Positions 1 through 9,449 of a stretch of 64,000 bases of DNA are shown here, piece after piece. Location of the stretch: NCBI GenBank assembly GCA_964504205.1, contig CAZDDE010000001.1, positions 58,473 to 122,472 on the forward strand. The letters are read 5' to 3'. The notes beneath the pieces are model-generated. The model was not told where the DNA came from and searched no databases. It saw nothing but the letters and a program-made list of their open reading frames with translations. Position 1 is the first letter of the stretch; each line of letters opens with the position of its first letter. This DNA comes from an uncultured Candidatus Saccharibacteria bacterium. GTDB lineage: Bacteria > Patescibacteriota > Minisyncoccia > Spechtbacterales > HO2-43-30. The position numbers and the translations under genes are program-made.

Positions 1-913
1 CGAGAAAGAAATACGCAATAAAGCAAGCGGCATGATAAAAGTCTATAATGCTTATAGTTCAGCGCCGCAAAACCTTGTGCAAAATACACGATTTGTTTCG
101 GAAGACGGCAAGCTGTTCAGAACAGCCGAAAATATAGTTGTTCCCGGCGCAGAAGTAGAAGATGGGAAGATTTTGCCGAGTTTTACGACTGTGCGCGTGC
201 TTGCCTCGGAGCCCGGCGAGGAATATAACATTGGTCCGGAGTCCTTTTCTATACCAGGTTTTAAGGGCACCCCAAAATACCTTGGATTCTACGGAGAATC
301 TGATAAAGCGATGGACGGCGGAAAAATCGGCACCACAAAATTGATAACAGAAAGCGATTACAATTCTGCTCGCCGTGAACTGGAAAGTGAATTGCTTGCG
401 CTTGCAGATGATGAAGTTGATCTTTTGCTGCCGCAGGGACTAGTAATCCCCGAGGGCGCAAAAGACGAGGTCAAAGTAAAAATTACAAGCTCTGCCAACA
501 TTGGCGATACGGCGAATGATTTTGTGTTTAAGGGGGTTGCTACGATACGCGCTTTTGCGATAAGCGAAGGCAGCGTTTTAGATATGTTGACCGAAGATTT
601 TTTTGAGCGGTTCCCGGATAAAATACTGCTTGTCTCCGGAACGCATCCGCAATACAAAATATCGAAAACAGATTTTACAAAAGGCACTATAGCGTTTACG
701 ATTAGCGTTTCGCGGAACGTTTATAGCAGGGTGGATCCCAAAGAAATAATTGAAAACATATATGGAAAAAGCGAGAGAGATGTGCGTGAGCATCTTAGTG
801 GACTTAAGAATATAAAAGGGGCAAAAATAACCTTCTGGCCTTTTTGGGTGAAAGATATGCCTAATGAGCGCATGAAAATTAAAGTCATTGTTGAAGGTGT
901 GCCGACTCCTTGA
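1..913 (+). CDS. 5'-truncated CPR-type baseplate J/gp47-like hypothetical protein (C-terminal part)
   Basis: The frame is open from the window edge (ORF track 32..913). Motifs LVQNTRF, PGEEYNIGP..FSIPGF and terminal PFWV..P resemble conserved Parcubacteria baseplate-J-like proteins. No phage genes are nearby. Confidence 0.55.
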   Translation, partial: EKEIRNKASGMIKVYNAYSSAPQNLVQNTRFVSEDGKLFRTAENIVVPGAEVEDGKILPSFTTVRVLASEPGEEYNIGPESFSIPGFKGTPKYLGFYGESDKAMDGGKIGTTKLITESDYNSARRELESELLALADDEVDLLLPQGLVIPEGAKDEVKVKITSSANIGDTANDFVFKGVATIRAFAISEGSVLDMLTEDFFERFPDKILLVSGTHPQYKISKTDFTKGTIAFTISVSRNVYSRVDPKEIIENIYGKSERDVREHLSGLKNIKGAKITFWPFWVKDMPNERMKIKVIVEGVPTP

Positions 914-952
914 CTTTTTTAACCATATAGACAATAATAGGTACTAGCACGA

Positions 953-1174
953 ATGACTGCCGAATCTGTCAAGGAAAATCAAAAGATGGGTACGGTGCGC
1001 GAATCTTTGCCGAGTGCAAATTTTCGTGTACGTTTAGACGACGGCAAAGAGGTCTTAGCTCATCTATCAGGAAAAATGCGTATTAACTTTATCCGCATTT
1101 TGCCGGGCGATAGAGTGGCTGTCGAACTTTCTCCAGATGCCGAGCGAGGCAGAATAGTATATCGCTATAAATAA
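953..1174 (+). CDS. infA: translation initiation factor IF-1
   Basis: [44 protein letters not shown]. Confidence 0.97.
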   Translation: MTAESVKENQKMGTVRESLPSANFRVRLDDGKEVLAHLSGKMRINFIRILPGDRVAVELSPDAERGRIVYRYK

Positions 1175-1176
1175 TT

Positions 1177-1293
1177 ATGAAGGTTCGCTCGTCGGTACAC
1201 AAAATTTGCAGGTCGTGTAAAAGCATTCGGCGGAATGGTCGAGTTTTTATTATATGCAAAGCCAATCCTAAGCATAAACAGAGACAAGGTTAA
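1177..1293 (+). CDS. rpmJ: 50S ribosomal protein L36 (not in ORF track)
   Basis: Manual translation [38 protein letters not shown], with Zn ligands C,C,C,H; lies between infA and rpsM. Confidence 0.96.
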   Translation: MKVRSSVHKICRSCKSIRRNGRVFIICKANPKHKQRQG

Positions 1294-1294
1294 T

Positions 1295-1684
1295 ATGCCT
1301 CGTATTGCAGGGGTCAACATACCCGAGAACAAACAAATATGGGTTTCGCTGACCTACATATATGGCATAGGGCGCAGTTTAAGTTACAAAATTTTACAGC
1401 AATGCGGTATCAACCCGTCCTTAAAAATCGATCGGATAAGTGCCGAAGAGGTCAATGCATTACGAAGTGCTGTTGAGAGTAATTATAAGGTTGAGGGCGA
1501 GTTGCGGCGGGAAAAACAGATGAATATTAAGCGCTTAAAGGATATCAGCTGTTACCGTGGCATAAGGCATATCAAAGGTCTTCCGGTGCGCGGTCAGCAA
1601 ACGCGCACAAACGGCCGCACTATTCGCGGCAATGTTCGCCGTACTATGGGCAGCGGCCGCAAGCCAGCAGCAAGCCCAACATAA
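1295..1684 (+). CDS. rpsM: 30S ribosomal protein S13
   Basis: MPRIAGVNIP..YIYGIG..YRGIRH..GLPVRGQQTRTN. The start is set at 1295 because the longer ORF-track start overlaps rpmJ. Confidence 0.97.
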   Translation: MPRIAGVNIPENKQIWVSLTYIYGIGRSLSYKILQQCGINPSLKIDRISAEEVNALRSAVESNYKVEGELRREKQMNIKRLKDISCYRGIRHIKGLPVRGQQTRTNGRTIRGNVRRTMGSGRKPAASPT

Positions 1685-1713
1685 AATTAAGCTAGTAAAT
1701 ATATAAATAACAA

Positions 1714-2151
1714 ATGGGCAAGAAGCGTATTATACAACAAGAAGAGATTGCGGCAGGGTCCCAAGAGGGGAAACCAGTAAAGTCTAAGGGCGCAAGACAG
1801 AAGCAGTTTTCGCATTCCCGTATTTTTGTTTTAGCCAGCTATAACAATACCTTGGTTTCAGTCGGAGATGCAAATGGGAATATTATTTCGTGGTCAAGCG
1901 CTGGCACTCTTGGGTTTAAAGGACCAAGGAAGGCAACGCCATTTGCGGCCTCGAAAGTAGTCGAAAATATTTTTGAAAAGTTGGCGGGAGTTAATTTAGG
2001 GAAAGTCGCGATTTCGGTGCAGGGAGTAGGCGGAGGCCGGGACGCGGCGGTGCGCGCGCTTGCTTCGCGCGGACTTGATATTACTTCTCTGCGCGACGCG
2101 ACTCCGTTGCCGCACAACGGCTGTCGTCCACGCAAGGCACGGCGTGTTTAA
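1714..2151 (+). CDS. rpsK: 30S ribosomal protein S11
   Basis: SYNNT, WSSAG..GFKGPRKATPFAA, TPLPHNGCRP. Confidence 0.97.
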   Translation: MGKKRIIQQEEIAAGSQEGKPVKSKGARQKQFSHSRIFVLASYNNTLVSVGDANGNIISWSSAGTLGFKGPRKATPFAASKVVENIFEKLAGVNLGKVAISVQGVGGGRDAAVRALASRGLDITSLRDATPLPHNGCRPRKARRV

Positions 2152-2166
2152 TTTGTAATTTTAAGT

Positions 2167-2655
2167 ATGGCAAACCGACGTCCAAAACAGAAGTCAGAAT
2201 ACGGCAGGCAGCTTGATGAAAAGCAGGAGCTTAAAGCAACATACGCTTTGCGCGAGAGGCAGTTCAGGAAATTTTTCCGAGCGGGTTCCGATCCCGAGTT
2301 GATTTATCGGATGCTTGAATTGCGAGTTGACAACGTGGTATATCGCGCTGGTTTCGCGTCGACCATCCGCGCCGCACGGCAAATTGTTAGCCATGGGCAC
2401 ATCCTGATTAATGGCAAAAAGACGGATATTCCTTCAGTTGCGATAAAACTGAATGATGTGATTAGTTTTCATAGTTCCAGTGTTAAAAAAATTCCTTTCC
2501 AGGATTTAGTGGTTCAGCTCAAAAAATATGAGCCGCCGCCATGGATTACTTTAAATATGGAGGATTTGAGCGCTAAGATTACCGCGCTTCCGGTAAGTGC
2601 CGATTCAATGACTATAAATAGAATTAAACCAGTCATTGGGTTCTATTCTCGATAA
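2167..2655 (+). CDS. rpsD: 30S ribosomal protein S4 (short form, 162 aa)
   Basis: SEYGRQLDEKQ, LELRVDNVVYRAGFA..ARQIVSHGH, terminal FYSR. Confidence 0.95.
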   Translation: MANRRPKQKSEYGRQLDEKQELKATYALRERQFRKFFRAGSDPELIYRMLELRVDNVVYRAGFASTIRAARQIVSHGHILINGKKTDIPSVAIKLNDVISFHSSSVKKIPFQDLVVQLKKYEPPPWITLNMEDLSAKITALPVSADSMTINRIKPVIGFYSR

Positions 2656-2669
2656 TTAGCTGTAAAAAT

Positions 2670-3431
2670 ATGCAAATAACTTTACCGAAACTACCCAAAA
2701 TTAAAGAGGAAGAAAAAAATAGAGCCGTATTTGTAATCGAAGATTTGTATCCGGGTTATGGCGTTACTGTCGGTAATGCCTTGCGACGCGCGCTTTATTC
2801 GTCAATACCCGGCGCGGCGATATCGCAGGTTAAAATAAAAGGCGCATCCCATGAGTTTTCAACCTTGAAGGGAGTGCTTGAAGATATTCTCGAGATAACT
2901 CTGAATCTTAAACAAATTTGTATCAAATTGCATGGCGACGAACCGCAGACCGCTTCCGTTAAGGTTAAGGGCGTTCGTGAGGTTACAGCGGCCGACATTG
3001 ATGCTCCAAGTCAGGTCGAAGTTATAAACAAGGATGCACACATCGCGACATTAACCAGTAAAGACGCGTCTTTCGAAATAGAACTGCTTATTGAAGCCGG
3101 ACTCGGTTACGTTCCGGTAGAGCAGCGCCAAAATGTTGGGGCGGAGATCGGTTCAATACCTTTGGATGCTATTTTTACGCCAATGCGTAAAGTAAATTTT
3201 GAAATTGAGAATATGCGCGTTGGCGACCGAACGGATTATAATCGCTTGGCGCTTGAAATAGTTACTAACGGGGCTATTTCTCCGCGAGAAGCACTTGTCT
3301 ACGCGGCAAAACTTCTCACCGAGCACTTTGCATTGGCGGGTGATATTGAGTTGCCAAAGGATTCTGCCGGAAAAGATAAAACTAAGGATAAACCGAGAAA
3401 AAAGATAATACGAAAAAAGATCAAGAAATAA
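2670..3431 (+). CDS. rpoA: RNA polymerase alpha subunit (NTD only, no alpha-CTD)
   Basis: PGYGVTVGNALRR, HEFSTLKGVLED, LDAIFTPMRKV, RVGDRTDY. Ends at 253 aa in a Lys-rich tail. Confidence 0.96.
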   Translation: MQITLPKLPKIKEEEKNRAVFVIEDLYPGYGVTVGNALRRALYSSIPGAAISQVKIKGASHEFSTLKGVLEDILEITLNLKQICIKLHGDEPQTASVKVKGVREVTAADIDAPSQVEVINKDAHIATLTSKDASFEIELLIEAGLGYVPVEQRQNVGAEIGSIPLDAIFTPMRKVNFEIENMRVGDRTDYNRLALEIVTNGAISPREALVYAAKLLTEHFALAGDIELPKDSAGKDKTKDKPRKKIIRKKIKK

Positions 3432-3439
3432 AATAGATC

Positions 3440-3787
3440 ATGAACAAAAATAATTCAAGGAGAAAGTTTGGCCGCAAACGCGACCAGCGCGAAGCTTTGT
3501 TGGAAGGTTTGGCAAATGCGCTCGTATTGCATGAGAAAATTTTAACGACTGCGCCGCGTGCGAAGGAATTGCGCAAATATATCGAACCGATTATAACCAA
3601 ATCAAAATTAGATACGGTGAAAAATCGGCGTCTCGTCGCGAGAAAAATAAATAGCGCAGCCGTAAAAAAGTTATTTAGTAGTATCGCTCCGCGCTATAAG
3701 GAAATTTTTGGCGGATATACGCGCATAGTAAAGCATTCTCCACGCAAGACCGACTCTTCGCCCCTTGCAGTAATTGAATTGCGATGA
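3440..3787 (+). CDS. rplQ: 50S ribosomal protein L17
   Basis: RKFGRKRDQREALL, KILTT..RAKELR, GGYTRIVK. Confidence 0.96.
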   Translation: MNKNNSRRKFGRKRDQREALLEGLANALVLHEKILTTAPRAKELRKYIEPIITKSKLDTVKNRRLVARKINSAAVKKLFSSIAPRYKEIFGGYTRIVKHSPRKTDSSPLAVIELR

Positions 3788-4122
3788 CTTATAAAATTGA
3801 TGCAACAGCTAAAATTCTTGGTCGTTTGGCAACAGAAATTGCGGTGATTTTGCGCGGGAAAAATTTAGCGAATTTTACGCTCAACAGAAAACCTTCCATT
3901 AAGGTTGAGATTAGTAATGTTGGCAAAATTAGAGTGAGCGGAGATAAGGAGAAGTCAAAATTGTATTGGCATTATAGTGGTTATCCGGGCGGCATATACA
4001 AAACAAATTATGCGGATTTAAAACGGCAGAATCATAGTTTGATATTAAAAAAAGCTGTTTATGGGATGCTGCCGAAAAATCGTCTTCGCGCAAAGATGAT
4101 GAAAAATCTAATCGTAAAGTAA
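3784..4122 (+). CDS. rplM: 50S ribosomal protein L13 (short)
   Basis: IDATAKILGRLATEIA..LRGK, HYSGYPGG, AVYGMLPKNRL. Confidence 0.95.
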   Translation: MTYKIDATAKILGRLATEIAVILRGKNLANFTLNRKPSIKVEISNVGKIRVSGDKEKSKLYWHYSGYPGGIYKTNYADLKRQNHSLILKKAVYGMLPKNRLRAKMMKNLIVK

Positions 4123-4132
4123 AAAGTATATT

Positions 4133-4624
4133 ATGGCTACCGCGAAATCTTCAAAAAAAATTAAAAAGGCTAAGGTGAAGGAAGTAAAGGCCAAGGTGAT
4201 GGAAACGGAGGCTCCGGCAGAATCAAAGTCTCCAAGCCGCTATTATGAGGGTCTTGGCAGACGAAAACGCGCAGTTGCCCGCGTGCGCCTTTTTACCAGA
4301 GGCGAAAAGGGATTTCTGATCAATAATGTTGCGCATATTCAATATTTTCCAACCGAGGAGCTGCGCCTTATTGCGGACGCGGCATTAAGGAGAATGAAAG
4401 TGCTGGACAAGTTTGTGGTCTCGGTCAAGGTGATGGGTGGAGGAACTGCCGGGCAGGCAGAGGCCGTGCGGCATGGCATCTCGCGTGCGCTTATCAAATT
4501 TAATCCGGATTTCCGCAAGCGTCTCAAAAAATCTGGATTTTTGCGCCGCGATCCGCGGGAAAAAGAACGGCGCAAATTTGGCCTTAAGAAAGCAAGGAGA
4601 GCCCCGCAGTGGCAAAAGCGGTAG
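4133..4624 (+). CDS. rpsI: 30S ribosomal protein S9 with a Lys-rich N-terminal extension
   Basis: GRRKRAVARV, GGGTAGQAEAVRHGISRAL, RDPREKERRKFGLKKARRAPQWQKR. Confidence 0.97.
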   Translation: MATAKSSKKIKKAKVKEVKAKVMETEAPAESKSPSRYYEGLGRRKRAVARVRLFTRGEKGFLINNVAHIQYFPTEELRLIADAALRRMKVLDKFVVSVKVMGGGTAGQAEAVRHGISRALIKFNPDFRKRLKKSGFLRRDPREKERRKFGLKKARRAPQWQKR

Positions 4625-4642
4625 TGGCTTAGCGATCGTCGT

Positions 4643-5914
4643 TCACTTGAGTTCTGCGGCGTAGAGCGATCCTCCAGAAAGAAAGTAAAGAGTATTGCGC
4701 GTGTCGTCATAAGATAGCTTTTGCGCGCGCATGCTAATAATTTTATAAAGATTCTGCCTGTCTCTAGTATCTAACTCAATAATTTTTATTGCCTCCTCTT
4801 CGGAAAATATTATGTATTCGTTGTTTTTTGTAAACCAAATAGCGTCAAAGACGGGCGAATCATTCCTGACTACCTTTATCGTATCGCCGGTGTCGCGGAA
4901 AGGCTGTGTGTGATTATTTTCTAGCCACTGCACCCATATATCGTTTTCTTCGATAACTAAGAATTTCTTTCTATCCGGTGTAAACACTTTATCTGTTTCG
5001 CGGTCATCCGCCGGATGAAATGTCAGCTGTCGGATGTCGCCGGTCTGAAGGTCCAGCAGACTTTTCGTTTGAGTAACGGTGGAAATATAGATAATGTTAT
5101 TATCGTTAATTGTGAAAGAGGAAACATCGTGCGCCAACGTTTGGGGCAGTTTTCGGTTTTTCGTGCTATGTTTTAAAAGCAGATTAAACTTTTCATTCGC
5201 GGCAGTGAATATAATATCATCGGTATCGAGCGGATTCCAGGCGATTTTTAGAATACGCGCCTGTGATATCCTCAACTCATAGCTTGTATAACCTTTAAGT
5301 TCCTTGATTATCAGGCGTGCGCGGCTGATTCCGTTAAGCAAGAGGGCCACTTTCGAGGAATCAGGACTCCAGACTATTGCGGTTGCCTCGAAATTTGTTG
5401 AGGTTGCGCTATCCTGGTAAAGCAGACTTTTCTTGTCGGTGCGCTTCTCATATATATGGATATTGAGAATGGGATTTGTTTCGACGATGGCAATACGTTC
5501 ATTATCCGGAGATGGATAAAATTCAGCAAGATTTGATGCAAGGATTTTAGGAACAACATTCTTGGGAAATAAATAAATATTTTTTGCTTCAGTAACAAGC
5601 TTTGGCAGAACGGTTAACTTTTTCCCCCAGGAGAAATATCCGTCTTTTTTAACTTCAATGAGATAAGACCTTGGGAAAAGATTTCCGATGTAGATATTTT
5701 GAAAAACAAAATTGCTTTGTTTCTTTAATTTGCCATCGAAATACGCCCCTACCGGCGCTGGACGCGGTTCGAGGAATAATGCGCCAGTCTTAATAATCGC
5801 GCCGTAACGTAAGTCAAAACGGTATCCCTGGGAATACATAATGATAAGCGGAGTAATCAAGATAAACAGCGCGGCCATGGTAAAGAAAAGTATAGAACGA
5901 GTAGATGTTTTCAC
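4643..5914 (-). CDS. membrane-anchored PEGA-like/beta-propeller surface protein
   Basis: N-terminal TM helix followed by YSQGYRFD, a PEGA-like segment (NLFPRSYLIEVKKDGYFSW) and WSPD/SPD propeller repeats. Confidence 0.65.
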   Translation of the reverse strand: MKTSTRSILFFTMAALFILITPLIIMYSQGYRFDLRYGAIIKTGALFLEPRPAPVGAYFDGKLKKQSNFVFQNIYIGNLFPRSYLIEVKKDGYFSWGKKLTVLPKLVTEAKNIYLFPKNVVPKILASNLAEFYPSPDNERIAIVETNPILNIHIYEKRTDKKSLLYQDSATSTNFEATAIVWSPDSSKVALLLNGISRARLIIKELKGYTSYELRISQARILKIAWNPLDTDDIIFTAANEKFNLLLKHSTKNRKLPQTLAHDVSSFTINDNNIIYISTVTQTKSLLDLQTGDIRQLTFHPADDRETDKVFTPDRKKFLVIEENDIWVQWLENNHTQPFRDTGDTIKVVRNDSPVFDAIWFTKNNEYIIFSEEEAIKIIELDTRDRQNLYKIISMRAQKLSYDDTRNTLYFLSGGSLYAAELK

Positions 5915-6007
5915 TAGTTTGAATAATTACTTTTAACTTTTATTCAGGCACTATAACTCAAAATTTAAAATATTGCTACAGCAGCAAATTTATAGTATGG
6001 TGATTGA

Positions 6008-7294
6008 ATGTCCACATATCTTGTAATCAAAGGCGGAAAACGTTTATCCGGCACAATCCCTGTTTATGGATCAAAGAACGCCGCTTTGCCGATCATTGCG
6101 GCAACAATCCTCACAAAAACCCCATGCGTTATACGCAATATTCCGCGTGTTACGGATGTTCATGTAATGATTGATGCCCTGCGCGATATGGGCGCAAAAG
6201 TCTTGTGGAAGGATCGGCGGACGGTTATTATTGAGAATAAAGAGATTGATCCTGACAAGCTAAGCCAAAGCGCTGTGCAGAAAATGCGCGCCTCCATACT
6301 CTTTTGCGGTCCGCTGCTTGCGCGGTTTGGCGAAGTACGCAAAATGCATTACCCCGGCGGATGCAGTATAGGCGCGCGCCCAATCGATGTTCATTTGCGT
6401 TCATTTGAAGATTTGGGCGCAAAAGTAATTCGCGCGAATAATTTTTTCTCTATCTACAGAGAAGCGCGTCCCCGGTCACAAAATTCAGTTGTTTTAAACG
6501 AATTCAGTGTTACAGCAACCGAAAATGTTTTATTATTTGCAAGCGCAGTGCCGGAGCAAACGACGATTAAAATTGCTGCCGCAGAACCGCATGTTGCTGA
6601 TCTCGCCAAATTCCTTACAAAGACAGGTGCGCGAATACATGGCGCTGGGACTGCGCAAATCTCTATACGCGGTTCTGCAAATTTAATTGGAGCAACGCAC
6701 AGGATAATTGCTGATTACATTGAGGCCGGCACCTTTATCCTCATGGCTTTGGTGGCTGGCAGGGCAATTGAAATAAAAAATGCCCCAATCGAACATCTGG
6801 ACCTTGTTATTAAAAAACTTCGCGCGGCTGGAGGAAACATCGCTTGCAATCATCGCAAAAAAACAATAACCGTTCAATCTGGACGAAAAAGTTTAATTCT
6901 CGATAAGGTGCAAATCATGCCTTATCCCGGCATACCCACAGATTTGCAATCCGCCTTTGGCGTTTTTGCGGCTCGAACCGTTGGAGAAACGCTTATTCAC
7001 GAACCATTATATGAAAATCGTTTTGCCTGCCTAAAGGAACTAGCAAAATTTGGCGTAAGAATTAAAGCGCTTGATCCGCACCGTGCGATTGTGCATGGGC
7101 CAACAAACTTAAATGCCGCGGAAGTCAGCGGACACGACTTGCGCAGTGTCGCGGCCTTGGTCATTGCCGGGCTTGCGGCAAAGGGCACGACAATTGTCCG
7201 CGGCGCCGAGCACGTGGAGCGCGGCTACGAAAATTTGGAAGGCCGCCTGCTCGCCCTCGGGGCGAATATAAAGAAGGTTACAACTGACGATTGA
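6008..7294 (+). CDS. murA: UDP-N-acetylglucosamine 1-carboxyvinyltransferase
   Basis: GSKNAALP, PGGCSIGARPIDVH (catalytic Cys), SVTATEN, PYPGIPTDLQ, ERGYE. Confidence 0.97.
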   Translation: MSTYLVIKGGKRLSGTIPVYGSKNAALPIIAATILTKTPCVIRNIPRVTDVHVMIDALRDMGAKVLWKDRRTVIIENKEIDPDKLSQSAVQKMRASILFCGPLLARFGEVRKMHYPGGCSIGARPIDVHLRSFEDLGAKVIRANNFFSIYREARPRSQNSVVLNEFSVTATENVLLFASAVPEQTTIKIAAAEPHVADLAKFLTKTGARIHGAGTAQISIRGSANLIGATHRIIADYIEAGTFILMALVAGRAIEIKNAPIEHLDLVIKKLRAAGGNIACNHRKKTITVQSGRKSLILDKVQIMPYPGIPTDLQSAFGVFAARTVGETLIHEPLYENRFACLKELAKFGVRIKALDPHRAIVHGPTNLNAAEVSGHDLRSVAALVIAGLAAKGTTIVRGAEHVERGYENLEGRLLALGANIKKVTTDD

Positions 7295-7313
7295 CTTTTG
7301 TTAATTGTTTTTC

Positions 7314-8324
7314 ATGTTTTCTCCTCGTAAAATTGGTATAGATCTTGGCACCTCAAACTCGCTTGTTTATGTGCCGAAAAAAGGCATTGTCATCAACGAG
7401 CCTTCGGTGGTGGCAATTTCAGTTGGCGATGGGGAAGTGCTCGCAGTGGGCAATGCCGCAAAAGCGATGATCGGCCGCACGCCTGATACAATCGTTGCTC
7501 ATCGCCCATTGAAGGACGGAGTTATCGCAGATTACCGCGTAACCGAAGCAATGATACGTCATTTTATCAGCCAAGTCAGCGGAAGAATACGTTTGTTTAA
7601 GCCGGAGGTTATGGTTTCCGTTCCAGCAGGGATTACCTCCACCGAACGGCGCGCGGTTATCGAAGCAACCATAAAAGCCGGCGCAAAGGCGGCATATGTG
7701 GTGAAAGAGCCGATTGTTGCAGCGATCGGGGCGGGCATTCCGATAAATTCTTCAACAGGGCATATGGTTGTGAATATTGGCGGCGGTACAACGGAAGTTG
7801 CGGTGATTTCATTGGGCGGAATAGTTTTTGCGAGTTCCGCCCGCGTCGGAGGCAACAAGATAGATGCGGCTATTACGGCGCATATTAAGCAAAAGCACGA
7901 TCTTGCTATTGGTGAACAAACCGCCGAAGAAATTAAAAAATCAATCGGCAGCGCTATACCAATAAAAGATGAGGAGGAACTTGTCATTCGCGGTCGCGAT
8001 ATGCTTACTGGTTTACCGCGCAATATCACTATAAAAACCAACGAGGTTACCGAGGCAATGACTGATATTCTGCGCGTGATTGTGCAAACTGTTAAGGCGG
8101 TTTTGCGGGAAACTCCGCCCGAACTTTCGGCGGATGTTATGGATAAAGGTATGGTCCTCACTGGCGGCGGGTCGCTCTTGCGCAACATAGATACTCTGCT
8201 TACGGAAGCTACCGGCGTTGCCGCGCATCTTGCCGAGGACCCTCTCCTTTGCGTCGCCAAAGGCACCGGTGTTGCGCTCGAAAACTTGGAAGTGTACAAG
8301 CGCAGCATAATGAGTAAGAAATAG
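7314..8324 (+). CDS. mreB: MreB/Mbl actin-like protein (paralog 1)
   Basis: IGIDLGTSNS, EPSVVA, RPLKDGVIADY, NIGGGTTEVA, LTGGGSLL. Confidence 0.93.
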   Translation: MFSPRKIGIDLGTSNSLVYVPKKGIVINEPSVVAISVGDGEVLAVGNAAKAMIGRTPDTIVAHRPLKDGVIADYRVTEAMIRHFISQVSGRIRLFKPEVMVSVPAGITSTERRAVIEATIKAGAKAAYVVKEPIVAAIGAGIPINSSTGHMVVNIGGGTTEVAVISLGGIVFASSARVGGNKIDAAITAHIKQKHDLAIGEQTAEEIKKSIGSAIPIKDEEELVIRGRDMLTGLPRNITIKTNEVTEAMTDILRVIVQTVKAVLRETPPELSADVMDKGMVLTGGGSLLRNIDTLLTEATGVAAHLAEDPLLCVAKGTGVALENLEVYKRSIMSKK

Positions 8325-9449
8325 ATGCTAGAGGCGATACACAATAAAAAGATTGCCTTGGTTCATGACTATTTATTGCGTTTTGGCGGAGCGGAAAGGG
8401 TGCTTAGAGTATTGCATAGAATGTTTCCGGAAGCGCCGATATATACTGTTGTATATGATAAGGAGTTTACAAAACGATTTCTTGGCGATTGTCATGAGGG
8501 AGCTTGCCCTGAGCTTGTCGAAGGGTCATTTTTGCAAAAATTGCCTTTCTTGCTACAGAGGCGCTATCAATACTTTTTGCCTTTGATACCTTCAGCAGTA
8601 GAAAACATAGATTTATCTGATTTTGATGTTGTAATTTCTTCATGCTCGGCGTTTTGCAAAGGTGTAATTACACGCCCCGATGCGCTGCATATATGCTATT
8701 GCCACACACCAACGCGATTTTTATGGGATTTGACGCATCAATACTCAAGCGCAAAAATTATTCTGCATTTTCTGCGATTTTGGGATAGGCAGGCGGCGGG
8801 ACGAGTTGACTATTTTATCGCCAATTCCAAGCATATCGCGGCGCGAATTAAAAAATTTTATGGCCGCGAAGCCCAGGTGATTTATCCCCCCGTCGCATTA
8901 CGAGTTACTCGTTGCCAGTTACCAGTTGCGCAAGGTGAGTATTTTCTCATCGTCTCCCAGCTTCGTCCATACAAACAAATAGATATCGCGTTAGAAGTGT
9001 TCAAGAAATTAGGATTTAATTTGATTGTTATAGGTGAAGGCAATGATAGAAAGCGGCTTGAGCGAATTGCCGGCGGCGCACGCAATATAAAATTCCTTGG
9101 TTTTTTGCCGGATGAAAAAGTTTTGGAGTATTATAGAAATTGTAAAGCGCTTATATTCTGCGGAGAGGAAGATTTTGGCATGGTGATGGCGGAAGCGATG
9201 CTCGCCGGCAAGCCGGTTTTAGCCCTGCGCCAAGGGGGGGCGAAGGAAATCATTGACGAGGGGATTACCGGCGAGTTTTTCGACGATGCGCACCCGTTGG
9301 TTTTGGCAGATGGCGTTCGGCGTTTGCTTGAAAATTACGTCAATTACAGCCCGCAGGTGATAAAATCGCGCGCAGAAAGATTTTCGTGTAATAAATTTGA
9401 AAAGTCGCTATTGGAATACATTGCGAAATGTTGTAAAATAAAGCCATGA
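8325..9449 (+). CDS. GT4 family glycosyltransferase
   Basis: ALVHDYL..GGAERVL, YCHTPTR, EEDFGMVMAEAM (EX7E motif). Confidence 0.92.
   Translation: MLEAIHNKKIALVHDYLLRFGGAERVLRVLHRMFPEAPIYTVVYDKEFTKRFLGDCHEGACPELVEGSFLQKLPFLLQRRYQYFLPLIPSAVENIDLSDFDVVISSCSAFCKGVITRPDALHICYCHTPTRFLWDLTHQYSSAKIILHFLRFWDRQAAGRVDYFIANSKHIAARIKKFYGREAQVIYPPVALRVTRCQLPVAQGEYFLIVSQLRPYKQIDIALEVFKKLGFNLIVIGEGNDRKRLERIAGGARNIKFLGFLPDEKVLEYYRNCKALIFCGEEDFGMVMAEAMLAGKPVLALRQGGAKEIIDEGITGEFFDDAHPLVLADGVRRLLENYVNYSPQVIKSRAERFSCNKFEKSLLEYIAKCCKIKP

Noticed and set aside
1235-1294. N-terminal extension of S13 in the ORF track
   Set aside because: It overlaps the real rpmJ gene; S13 begins at MPRIAG (1295).
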